This document shows positions 53,468 to 64,000 of a stretch of DNA of 64,000 nt, one piece after another (the stretch's first letter is position 1; every line of letters starts with the position of its first letter). The stretch is taken from positions 47,740,001-47,804,000 of the forward strand of contig OX597814.1 of the NCBI GenBank assembly GCA_951406725.2. The letters are read 5' to 3'. The position numbers were made by a program, and so were the translations under genes. Source of the DNA: Octopus vulgaris. Lineage: Eukaryota. The notes beneath the pieces were generated by a model. That model was not told the DNA's origin, did not search any database, and was given only the letters and a program-made list of their open reading frames with translations.

Positions 53468-54717
53468 CAAAGGTTGGACAAAATAATGGAACACCTTAAA
53501 ATTTCAAACAAATTTATTTTAATAAGGGGTAGGACCGCCTTTTTCCGTAATTACAGCTTGAATTCTCGTGCAAAGTTTGAATTGTTCTTAAAGGAATTTT
53601 TGTCCATTATTCATCTGCAACAGTCTCCAGTTCTTGTAGTGATGATGGTGGAGGATATCGACTTCTTACTTGTTTTTCTAAAATGCACCATAACTGTTCA
53701 ATAATATTGAGATCTGGGGACTGTGGTGGCCAGATAAGATGTTCAACTTCACTAGAATGTTCCCCGAGCCATTCAGTAACAACTTTAGCTGTGTGAATTG
53801 GGGCATTATCATCCTGAAAGATTGCGTTTCCCTCCGGAAACAGTTCTGCAACCATAGGATGAATTTGATGAGGTAAAATGCTTAAATAATCTTCTATTAT
53901 TTCTGCCATGAAAGGAAATCATTGGGCCAGTGAATTTCCAAGATACAGCCCCCCCCCGATCATCACAGATCCTCTTCCATGTTTAACAGTTGGAAGAAGG
54001 TAGTCTGGGTCAAATGCTTCTTTTGGCGGTCTCCACACGTATACTCGGCCGGTAATCGGAAATGAGGTAAAGGATGACTTGTCCGAGAAAATAACATTCT
54101 TCCACTGCTCTAGGGACTAATTCTGTAAGTTTTTACTCCACCCTAAACGCTTTGCAACGTTTGTTTTTGAAAGTAGTGTTTTCTGATTGCAGCCCTCCCG
54201 GGAAATCCGGCTTTGTGCAGCTCCCGGCGAACAGTTTTTGTGGAAACTGGGTTCTCGAGGTGATCATTAAGCTCTGTAGTAATTCTGGGAGCTGTACTTT
54301 TGTAAGACTTTCTAACAATTTGCGTAAGAGTCCAACGGTCCCAATATGAAAGTTTTGGTTTTCTTCCGGTGTTTTGCTTCGACGAGGAGGTTTTCCCCTC
54401 TTTCTCAAAGGCTGTCATTACTCTCAAAGACACTACTTCTTGATACAGCAAACATTTCAGCTGTTTTCATTACGCTAGCGCCTGCCATACGAGCACCAAG
54501 AATTTGACATCTTCGAAAGTCCTATAGATCTGTCATTTTAATGAATTTTAATTACCCTTTTCTAATGAAAAGAAACAGCAATTTTAGCAAAACATATTAA
54601 GCAACACTAATAATAAATCATCAAACAAAAAATAAACAAGCTTTTGACGGATTTATAGGTATTTCAAAATTATGATGCTATGATGCTAGGTGTTTCCATT
54701 ATTTTGTCCAAACCCTG
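53468..54717 (-). mobile_element. Tc1-family DNA transposon, DD36E spacing, transposase pseudogene
   Basis: About 30-bp TIRs (..TTGGACAAAATAATGGA(A)ACACCT), TA flanks, ATG at 54536, GRKPKL, VIFSD, FQDDNAPIH, WPPQSPDLNIIE; stops and frameshifts. Confidence 0.95.
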
Positions 54718-54747
54718 TATATATACATTCACACTTATATATATATG

Positions 54748-54804
<57 letters not shown>

Positions 54805-54925
54805 CACGTGATCACGTGACCAACCAGACCATCAGATGTTGTTACACATCGCTGGTCACAATGCGTTCCCATTGTTTTAGCCTTCGAATGACGCCACCCC
54901 GCTGGTTAAGCGAGCAGGCAATATG

Positions 54926-54986
<61 letters not shown>

Positions 54987-55113
54987 TAAATTCAACTTAC
55001 GTTGAAAGTTAACAAAGTTTTCTGCAAAATATGGATCGTTGATCCTGTTCATGCTATATTATTAGCATTATCCTGCGTTTGAGTGCTCAACACTGCATTT
55101 GTGGATATATAAT

Positions 55114-55288
55114 TTCTCTATTTGTGAAATAAGGCTACCATTGGTTTCATGTTAAGGAGATTGATTTCCAAACTGGAGGCGAACATCTTTCTCCATGTGA
55201 TCGGCTTGAAAAATTGTTAAGATACATGGATATTCTCCTACTCTTCTTAACATGAAACCAATGATACCCTTATTTTACAAATAAAGAA
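55114..55288. mobile_element. Small foldback element / MITE
   Basis: About 43-bp imperfect terminal inverted repeats including CATTGGTTTCATGTTAAG / CTTAACATGAAACCAATG; TA-rich flanks. Confidence 0.65.
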
Positions 55289-55685
55289 TATATATATATC
55301 CCACATACCCCACCTCTACCCCACCCTCAGCCTAACCCACACCCCACTCTTGCTTTCCCTACTCTCACCTCCCCAACATCCCAACACCATCACACCACAC
55401 ACCACTACACCATACACCACCATACCACACAACATCACATCACATCACACCACTACGCACACAGTAGTACTGACCATTTCCCAGCTCCACATCCACACAC
55501 GCACACGTCAAAGTCACCAGCCCTCTTCCACATGCACATACATGTTCTCTTATATACACGCACGCGCACCTTCGTTTGGGATCACCACCACTTTATTATC
55601 TCTCCTTCTTCCTAGCTCTCCTGTGATGATAGATCGCTAGCCACAACACATTCTTTATTTTCTCTCCTTGTTTCTTTCTGCGTTC

Positions 55686-55721
55686 CTTTCTGTGGAAGAG
55701 CGTAGGCTCGAAACGTTAAAG
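55686..55721 (+). ncRNA. Minimal hammerhead-like motif in a probable Penelope-like repeat (about 55310-55830)
   Basis: CUUU / CUGUGGA-A / GAGC-GUAG-GCUC / GAAA / CG / UU / AAAG; A6 is replaced by U. Confidence 0.5.
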
Positions 55722-56034
55722 ATTTTTTTCACTTCCCGAGCGTTAAACTAATACATCTATTTATTGTCTACACCACGTGTCTTCGTCTTTTGTTGTTTTT
55801 TTTTGTTTTCTCCCCCTTTTGTTTTTGTTCAACTCCATGTATTTATTTATTCATCTATAACACACAAATTACTGAACATTAACCAGGAGTTTCTACCTTT
55901 GGATAGGTCGCTTCAACCGTGTTTCTGACGTGAATTTGCTACCCTGGTAACGGTTCATTGAATTTTCCATGTTAACGATGAACATAGGATAATTCATTCA
56001 CCTATTGAAATATATATATATATATATATAAACT

Positions 56035-56265
56035 TGACAGACCGTCCGTTACGACGGATGCGGATTGCATGTTGATCCGATCAACGGAACAGCGTGCTCG
56101 TGAAATTTGCGTGCAAGTGGCTGAACATTCCACAAACACAGGTACCCTTAACGTAGTTTTCAGAATGTGACAAAGCTAGCCCTTTGAATTACACGCACAA
56201 CTCATTCTTGCCAGCCGAGTCAACATGAACATCGTGAAATAAAGAGTTTTCGTCAAGGACACAAT
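56035..56265 (-). mobile_element. SINE family E, headless
   Basis: Reverse complement TTGTGTCCTTGACGAAAACTCTTTATTTCACG...ACTCGGCTGGCAAGAATGAG shares the family D central domain. Confidence 0.65.
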
Positions 56266-57115
56266 GCGCATAGCTCAGTTGTTAGATTTGTAGGGGTTCA
56301 CAATTATGAAATAGTGGGTCCCGGACGCGAATTTTTTCCCACGAGAGTTCCGGACCCCAGTTATAAACTCATTTGCATACAGTCAATCAGAGCTCAACTA
56401 TCAAACTAATTTGTGAGCGCATAACAAGTGATGGACCATAAGATAAGGTCACTTGGGTCAGGAATGACCATGCTTCTTTTCTCTTTTAAGAATGCTTGTT
56501 GTTCTTGTTCTTGTTTCAACTATGGCTGCCTCTGCGTCGTTATTTGTGTTGTTGTTTACTTTGTAAAGCAGTAAGGGGAGAGGGTTGCTAGCATATCACC
56601 CTCTACCCACATTTTCCCATTCACATCTTTACCATATGGAGCTCAAACAAAATCCGATAATAGGTATAGATGCAAATCTATCTAATTACTTATCTCCTTC
56701 TAAAATCAGGCCTAACTCGGCGATCGGTCGACTTACAACACCGTTCTTCGTCTTAAGCTTACTTGGTAGAGTGTGTTTAATTTGACAAGGTCAAGGTCTG
56801 ATTGGCTGTATGCAAATAAATTCATTACTAGGGTCCGGAATTCTGATGGGAAAAAATTTCGCGTCCCGGACCGGGCTGTGTGTTGTGTTACTGAGCAAGA
56901 CACTTTATTTCACATTACTCCAGTCCACTCAGCTGTAGAAGAGTTGCGACGTCACTGGTGCCATTGGATAACATCGGTGGCGTAGAGGGGGAGGCTGATA
57001 TGCATGGGCGACTGCTGGCCTTCCATAAACAACCTTACCCGGACTTGTGCCTCGGAGGGTAACTTTCTAGGTGCAATCCTATGGTCATTCATGACCGAAG
57101 GGGGTCTTTACTCTT
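56266..57115 (+). mobile_element. tRNA-derived SINE family D interrupted by a MITE
   Basis: A-box-like TAGCTCAGTTGTTAG; resumes after 56862 with TGAGCAAGACACTTTATTTCAC domain. Confidence 0.7.
56327..56862. mobile_element. Mutator-like MITE
   Basis: About 65-70-bp imperfect TIRs; 9-bp direct repeat GTCCCGGAC at 56318-56326 and 56863-56871. Confidence 0.7.
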
Positions 57116-57352
57116 TTATATATAAGCCATGGTCGACAGAAAATTTGAAATTAGACCAGTTACAACTATGGAATCCAGCAGCCTACTATTCTGTATCACT
57201 AAATGTACGTAAACATCTCCCCCACTCCCCGTTTCTGTATGTATTTACCTATGTATGTCTTTGTCAGCGATTCCGGACATGAGGTCGCAGATCTCCTGGT
57301 GGGGAGCGACAAAATTAGTACTGTAAGTTCACGAACTGTGTTCAAATATATA

Positions 57353-57585
57353 CAATTCTTTATTGCCCACAAGGGGCTAAACCTAGAGGGAACAAACAAG
57401 GACAGACTAAGGGACTAAATCGATTATATCGACCCCAGTACATAACTGGTACTTATTTAATCGACCCCGAAAGGATGAAAGGCAAAGTCGACCTCGGCGG
57501 AATTTGAACTCAGAACGTAGCGGCAGACGAAATACTACTAAGCATTTCGCCCGGCGTGCTGACGTTTCTGCCAGCTCGCCGCCTT
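57353..57585 (-). mobile_element. SINE family B monomer with 16-bp TSD
   Basis: TGTGTTYAAATATATA at 57337-57352 and 57586-57601. Confidence 0.92.
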
Positions 57586-57852
57586 TGTGTTTAAATATAT
57601 AATCGCTGACTAACATATAACTGTTCAGTTACATAAATCTTTCAATTGACGGGGTTTAGTGAGCAGATAGATGTTTCAGATATATGAGATCCGTGTGAAA
57701 ATTCATTTGAATAAAAATGATTCCTAGTAAACTTTGACTGACACTGGTCTAGGTGGTTGCTGTAACTGCTAGAAATAGTATCTAAATAGCCCTCAAATTA
57801 CACCTTCCAGTTTTGGAAAGGAGAAACACATTAGAAAATCCAATCCTGCATA

Positions 57853-58257
57853 GGTGCAGGAGTGGCTGTGTGGTAAGTAGCTTGCTTACCAACCACATGG
57901 TTCCGGGTTCAGTCCCATTGCGTGGCACCTTGGGCAAGTGTCTTCTACTATAGCCTCGGGCCGACCAAAGCCTTGTGAGTGGATTTGGTAGACGGAAACT
58001 GAAAGAAGCCCGTCGTATATATGTATATGTATATATGTGTGTGTGTCTGTCTGTCTGTCCCCTCAACATCGCTTGACAACCGATGGTGGTGTGTTTACGT
58101 CCCCGTAACTTAGCGGTTCGGCAAATGGGTCCGATAGAATAAGTACTAGGCTTACAAAGAATAAGTCGTGGGGTCGATTTGCTCGACTAAAGGCGGTGCT
58201 CCAGCATGGCCGCAGTCAAATGACTGAAACAAGTAAAAGAGTAAAAAGAGTAAAAGT
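57853..58257 (+). mobile_element. SINE family A, nested in family C
   Basis: Full family A sequence; family C halves on both sides. Confidence 0.92.
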
Positions 58258-59379
58258 ATACCTAAAAGAAAAACGAGATTGTAGTATCGGAATGCTTTTG
58301 TTCATACGTCTCCACGGTCAGGATTGTCTTGGGGTTAAATAGTAACATAACTTAAAACACTTTTTAGCGTAAGTAAACAGTCTATGTTGATCACAATTTG
58401 TTGCCATGGTGATGCTGACCTTATGCATCAGCAATTAGGTTAACTTCAGTGTATATTTACTCGGGTAGCTGTCCACACATACCACTCATTTACACAAACC
58501 TGCTACTGAACTTAGACATTAAACACACTGACTTTTAATAAAACCACATTTCTATAAAAGTAAAGCCGTTGTTGAATCTCCATATATGGTTGGAAAGCAA
58601 GAGATGTAAAGTAACATTTTAAATGACTATCAACGACAGAAGAAATAGAATAGAGACAAAATAAAGTAAACAGCATAGGCCAATGAGGGAGGACCTCTAC
58701 GTTGTCGCTCGAACTGCTTGAAATAACAACCAAATCTCTTTCAAATCACACCCCACCGAATCAAAATAGGATACACTGGACAATATCACCTTAGATATGC
58801 AATATGAACTTGTGGTCACGACTGATAATTTGTGTGTTCAATCCAGGCCTGATTTTTTAAAGAATTCTTTTTTATAGTAAGCTAGTTACTACGATCAGAA
58901 TGCAATGATGAATGTTGTACCTCTGTTGATGAAGGCTAAGAAAAGTAATGTTTGGAGTTATCTCCTTCACATACTCTGCTCTGCCAGAGGACAATGCTGT
59001 TAGCTAGCACTTAAGCTTTCTTAATCCCTCTATTTAATACTAATGTGATTATTTGTGAAATTGTAAAACAAACTATGGAAATTATCTAATTCATTTGTTC
59101 ATTACATGTGGTCAACTCTCGTTTATAATTAATTCATATATATTAATTGTAAATGAAAGGAATAATCGATTGAATTTACTTTAAGTAGATTACTGGTACT
59201 ATATATAAAAGGCAAATAACTCCCAATGTGATTTGAATTTGGAACATAAAGAGCATAACTAGATACCGCGTAGACATTTTGTTCTGTACATTTCCGTTTC
59301 TACCATCCACTGCTTTATATAGAAAATAATCGGAAGCAAAAATGAATAAAAAGGTGATAAATCAATAGTGATTGTCTTA

Positions 59380-59700
59380 TAAAACTTAGATGTCTTATAC
59401 TGCGGTAATGTAACATCGAGTTACACGACAGTTGAATATAACTTCGAACTCAATAAATCATGTTTCGTCAACTAAGTAGTAAATGAAAGGCAATATTATT
59501 GTTCAAATATATAGTGAGAATTGTATTAATAATGCAACAAAAAGTTGGTCGATTATAGAATCTGTCAGTGCTTACATCAGAAGCGCAAAGCGGTGCACCT
59601 GCTGTCTCGAAGATAGATATAACGTTCTTTTGCAATTGTACAAGACTATACTAAAGTCAACTGTTTTATACCACTCTGCAAACATCTTTAATATGTAGTC
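59380..59700 (+). pseudogene. Penelope-like GIY-YIG endonuclease remnant
   Basis: SWSIIESVSAYIRSAKRCTCCLEDRYNVL matches the W.I.....Y....K.C.LCL.EK..I pattern. Confidence 0.55.
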
Positions 59701-61796
59701 AGAAAAATTGCTTTCTGTCTTTTCTTCTTTTCGTAAACACTTTGTGCAGATGTTTCATTGTAACAATCTGCGTAGGCTAGTAGTTGCCACTACTAAATTA
59801 ATGCCAAATCAGGCAATCAAGACAAAAATATGTAACCTAAGAATTCCATTGCAACTTTCAAGATATTCCCCAGAATGACCAGTTATCTATTCTAACAGTT
59901 AATTAGTGTCGAACATGTTTAATACAGAACATTAAAAAACTGTAATTAGAAATACTAATGCCGTGAAAAGAGGAAAACATTAATGACTAAAGATTAATGA
60001 TCAATGTTTAAAAACCATGAGCCTCGGAACAAATATTTTCTCCTCACTTCATTAGTATTTCTAATTAGAATTTTTATGCACTTTATTAACTATGTTCATC
60101 CTAACTTAGTTTTTATGCAGATAATGCCTCTCATTAATTAACATCATTGTTTTGTTTATTCGAATATAATTTAAAGTAATTTATTTATTCAAATTGTTTA
60201 TTGGCTGTGCCTTTCTACTGCAAGGAGAAGAAACATTTTGTTAGGAGTTAATTCAGTAAATGGCGTGAAGAATATGTAATCTGTACACATTTATCTAATT
60301 CACTTTGCCTTTCTCATCTCTTTAATTCAATTAATTTAATTTTTATCAATCAAATGTTACCCCCACCCCTCCAATTATTTATTCCAAAGAATAAGGACTG
60401 TAGCAATAACCTTTGATTGTCCTCGCAAACTTATGCGGTCCATGCAGCTCATGTTCTGCCCGAAATTTTACAGTTTGCTGGGCAAGCATACCACGGAGTA
60501 GAATTACAGAAAGTTATTAGTTTGGGGAAAAACGATTACATAAACAGTTTCGTGTAGGATTTATGGTAACGGTTGGAAAGCTTTTGATCAATCAGATCTC
60601 ACTTAGGGTTAAACAACAACAAGAACAACAACGAAAAATACTGACTTATTCATAAAAAGAGCGCATATTCTTTCATGTATAAGTATATAATACTGTTTTG
60701 GCTGTTTAGTCACAGAGTAGTACTTACTAAACAGACCTATATTCAAAAGTGGCACAACCATTATCATCCAGTTATTTTTTAGACTGTTTCTAGGATTACA
60801 TTAACTAATGTTTCCTTTTAGAAGCATAACAGATATTTTTCTTTGCGATTATTTATAACTTAATTTAATCCCCAAATGAGTTTTTTAGTTTCTTGAATTA
60901 GTTTCTAGTACATTGCGTATTCTCGCTTTGCCTCATATTTTCTCTCCTCTTCCTCTTCGCCGTTTACCTCCCCTTGTTGATCTACGTTCTTGTTCACTTT
61001 CAACATTCTCAAATTTAAATACATCTTTAATATCTTTAAAGTGTTTCAGCTCTAAATCTGCGGTCATACTGGGGCACTACCGTTTTTTTTTTTATATTTT
61101 ACCTCAGTTTTATCTATTCTCTATTCTCTAGACACAGCTGGCTCAGTAAAACAATATGGCGAAATTGATATATTATATATTCCTAACAACTGAACGTGCA
61201 ACTTTAACATATCATATTTCGTCTGTTGTTAGCCTGATGGCCAGTTCCGATAATTCCTTCCACTAGTAGAACAATGCCGAAGATGAATGAGGCAATTAGC
61301 ATGGAAGGATGGGATTACATTTGCTCGTGTTTGCAAACGCACGACTATATTGTCTAAATTTATGAATAACGCATGCTATAATGCTAGCATCAGAAATGAG
61401 GAAGCCTATAAAGGGTCAATGAACTTGAATGAAATAGTAGGCAAATCTCCTACATATTTCACATCACCGATTTTTGTTTTTAAACAAAGACGTTTTTGAT
61501 AATGTAGCTCTAAGTCTACCATTTTCCCTTTTTATCACAGAGCTATTCGATCAGAGCAGACAGGAGGTGTTGACAATAACCACGACGGAGACGACGAAGG
61601 CGTCTAAGGCGACGTGGGCGACAACGACGTCGACGTCAACGATGACTGCTATTGCTTCTTCAGAATGAGATACTAGAAATCTGAAGGAAAGAGAATACAA
61701 TTTACGAAGAAGTAACTTAAAGCATTCTCTTAAATCTAGTCTCATCCAGAACAACAATCGCATACTTATGTGGGCGAGTATTTACGTATGTCTGTA

Positions 61797-61940
<144 letters not shown>

Positions 61941-62069
61941 CACTATCTATACAAACATACATACATGCATGCATGCACACATACATACCTATGTACATAC
62001 ATACATAAATACATGCACACATACATACATACACACACACATACATACATACATACATACGTATGAGTG

Positions 62070-62210
62070 TATGTCATTATTCAGTTTATTTCAAGATTTC
62101 TAACCAATAGAGAAAGAACCGGTTTCTAACCTAGATCCGAGGCTTCTTCATTGGAATTTCAACATCAACAACAGGGTATTTTTGTATGTATGTATGTATG
62201 TATGTATGTA
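62070..62210 (-). mobile_element. 3' UTR of the (TACA)n-associated RLE-LINE
   Basis: Reverse complement of about 16900-17010. Confidence 0.85.
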
Positions 62211-62508
62211 TTCCTAATTCACGATCAGTTACTTCAGTCAATTTTAGTCTAGGGATTGTAAAGAATTTAACTCGGATAGAGAAAATTGTGAAGAGGAGAC
62301 TTCATGCAATACCTGATTTAGTGCCAGTCTATGCCCAATATGTTCTTTAGTGTTGCAATTCAATTGCAAACATTCTGGTCAGCTTTCCTGGTCTAAGGAT
62401 AATTACCTTATATCAACGCGTTCTAGGCTTTGAAAAGAATCATAGGCGATGCCTGACACACACGCACACTACCTGACACACACGCACACTACCTGACACA
62501 CACGCACG

Positions 62509-62551
<43 letters not shown>

Positions 62552-62699
62552 ACAACGTCTGTGTGTGTGTATATGTATTTATGTATGCATGTACGTATGT
62601 ATACATCATATGTATGTAAGCACGTACACTGCAACGTTGTTGAGCACCGTCTATAATTATGTTAATCGATCAATTGATTCAATTGAGCTATATAGTCTA

Positions 62700-62754
<55 letters not shown>

Positions 62755-62756
<2 letters not shown>

Positions 62757-63720
62757 GCTATATATGCGGAAAATCGGTGTGTGTTTGTTTGTGCTGTTGT
62801 TAGCTAACTCCTCCTACATCGTTTTATTGATTTTGATGAAACTTGACACGTGAGTAGAACATATGTCTGGAAACCTCGTGTTATACTTAGATTGTTGAAA
62901 AAATCGATTATACCCCACTGGAAGGATCTTTATATCTATCTCATATAACTAATGTTTTTAAAAACACCCAAGGGAAATAACCCATAGCACCTGCACTATT
63001 TTTTAATACTAAAACTGCTAAACCTTATTATTGCACTTTCTTGATGCATGTACACTTTCAAGGCCCATAATTCCGATAATTCTGCATTTTTCTAGTTAAA
63101 ATGTTTTGATTACAGTACATAAATTTTTGATTCCAGAACGTATTTAATAAGTTTGTCCCAATACAATGAACTCATACTTTGAATGTTTAAAATTCTTTAA
63201 AAATGATACCAAACTTCCACACCACATTCAATTTGGACACCCTGTATCACTTATATTTATTTTACAAATCATAATATTTATTGCTTATTTACAGTTCATA
63301 CAACATTTTCATGAAACTAATTGAGCCATCGTATTTAGAAATATTTTACAGGTTTCATTGTTTATGTTCGATTACTTTGAATATTGATTTTTTTTGTGTG
63401 TGTCCAATTTCTAATTTTTGCAGACGATATCACTTTTAATGCTTTATTTGACACGTGAGTAGAACACATGTCTGGAAACCTCATGCCATACTTGGATTGT
63501 TGGAAACAAAATCGATAATAGGGCCGCTCCAATGGATCCTTCTATCTACTACATATTACTAATATTTTATCTAAGCAACCCAAGGGAAACAACCCATACC
63601 ACCTGCAGGTTATAGCGAAGCGATCAATATTTGATTCTCACAATCAGCCGACCTAATTCCGCATTTCACTACTCAGTTTTGAACTGCTAAACATTATTAT
63701 TGCACTTCCTTGATTTCAAT
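62755..63720 (+). mobile_element. Helitron-like non-autonomous element with internal duplication
   Basis: GATTTTGATGAAACTTGACAC resembles the Helitron sequence near 28858; about 62842-62995 recurs diverged at 63448-63607. Confidence 0.5.
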
Positions 63721-63733
63721 CTTAAACCTTAAT

Positions 63734-63848
<115 letters not shown>

Positions 63849-63884
63849 TATATACATAAATACATACATACATGCATACATACA

Positions 63885-64000
63885 TGGTAGACGCCATAGC
63901 CACTCAATAAAAATGAGTACTGGTGGAATGTCCTAGTGAGGACCCCAATAAAATGTAAGCACAACAGACATGATATAATGATTTGGGATAGAAAAGAGAA
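63885..64000 (+). pseudogene. RLE-LINE fragment running off the window
   Basis: [28 protein letters not shown] (degenerate RPD motif), starting after (TACA)n. Confidence 0.65.

Overview
AT-rich, repeat-saturated animal DNA, probably intergenic or intronic. No intact host protein-coding gene is recognisable, and most ORFs in the track are microsatellite translations. The repeat families resemble those I associate with octopus genomes; this is an inference that I cannot verify here. The window holds five short interspersed families (A-E), many decayed non-LTR retrotransposon pieces (R4/Dong-type RT and restriction-like endonuclease, RTE, CR1, an L1/Tx1-type ORF1), Penelope-like relics, Helitrons, a full-length decayed Tc1-family transposon with DD36E spacing, and several MITEs. 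The most interesting item is at 15056-15671: a 360-bp non-coding tandem unit carrying a type I hammerhead ribozyme fold on the minus strand, arranged head-to-head between (TA)n tracts, i.e. a candidate retrozyme. Several more hammerhead-like relics occur elsewhere. Boundaries of degenerate repeats are approximate.
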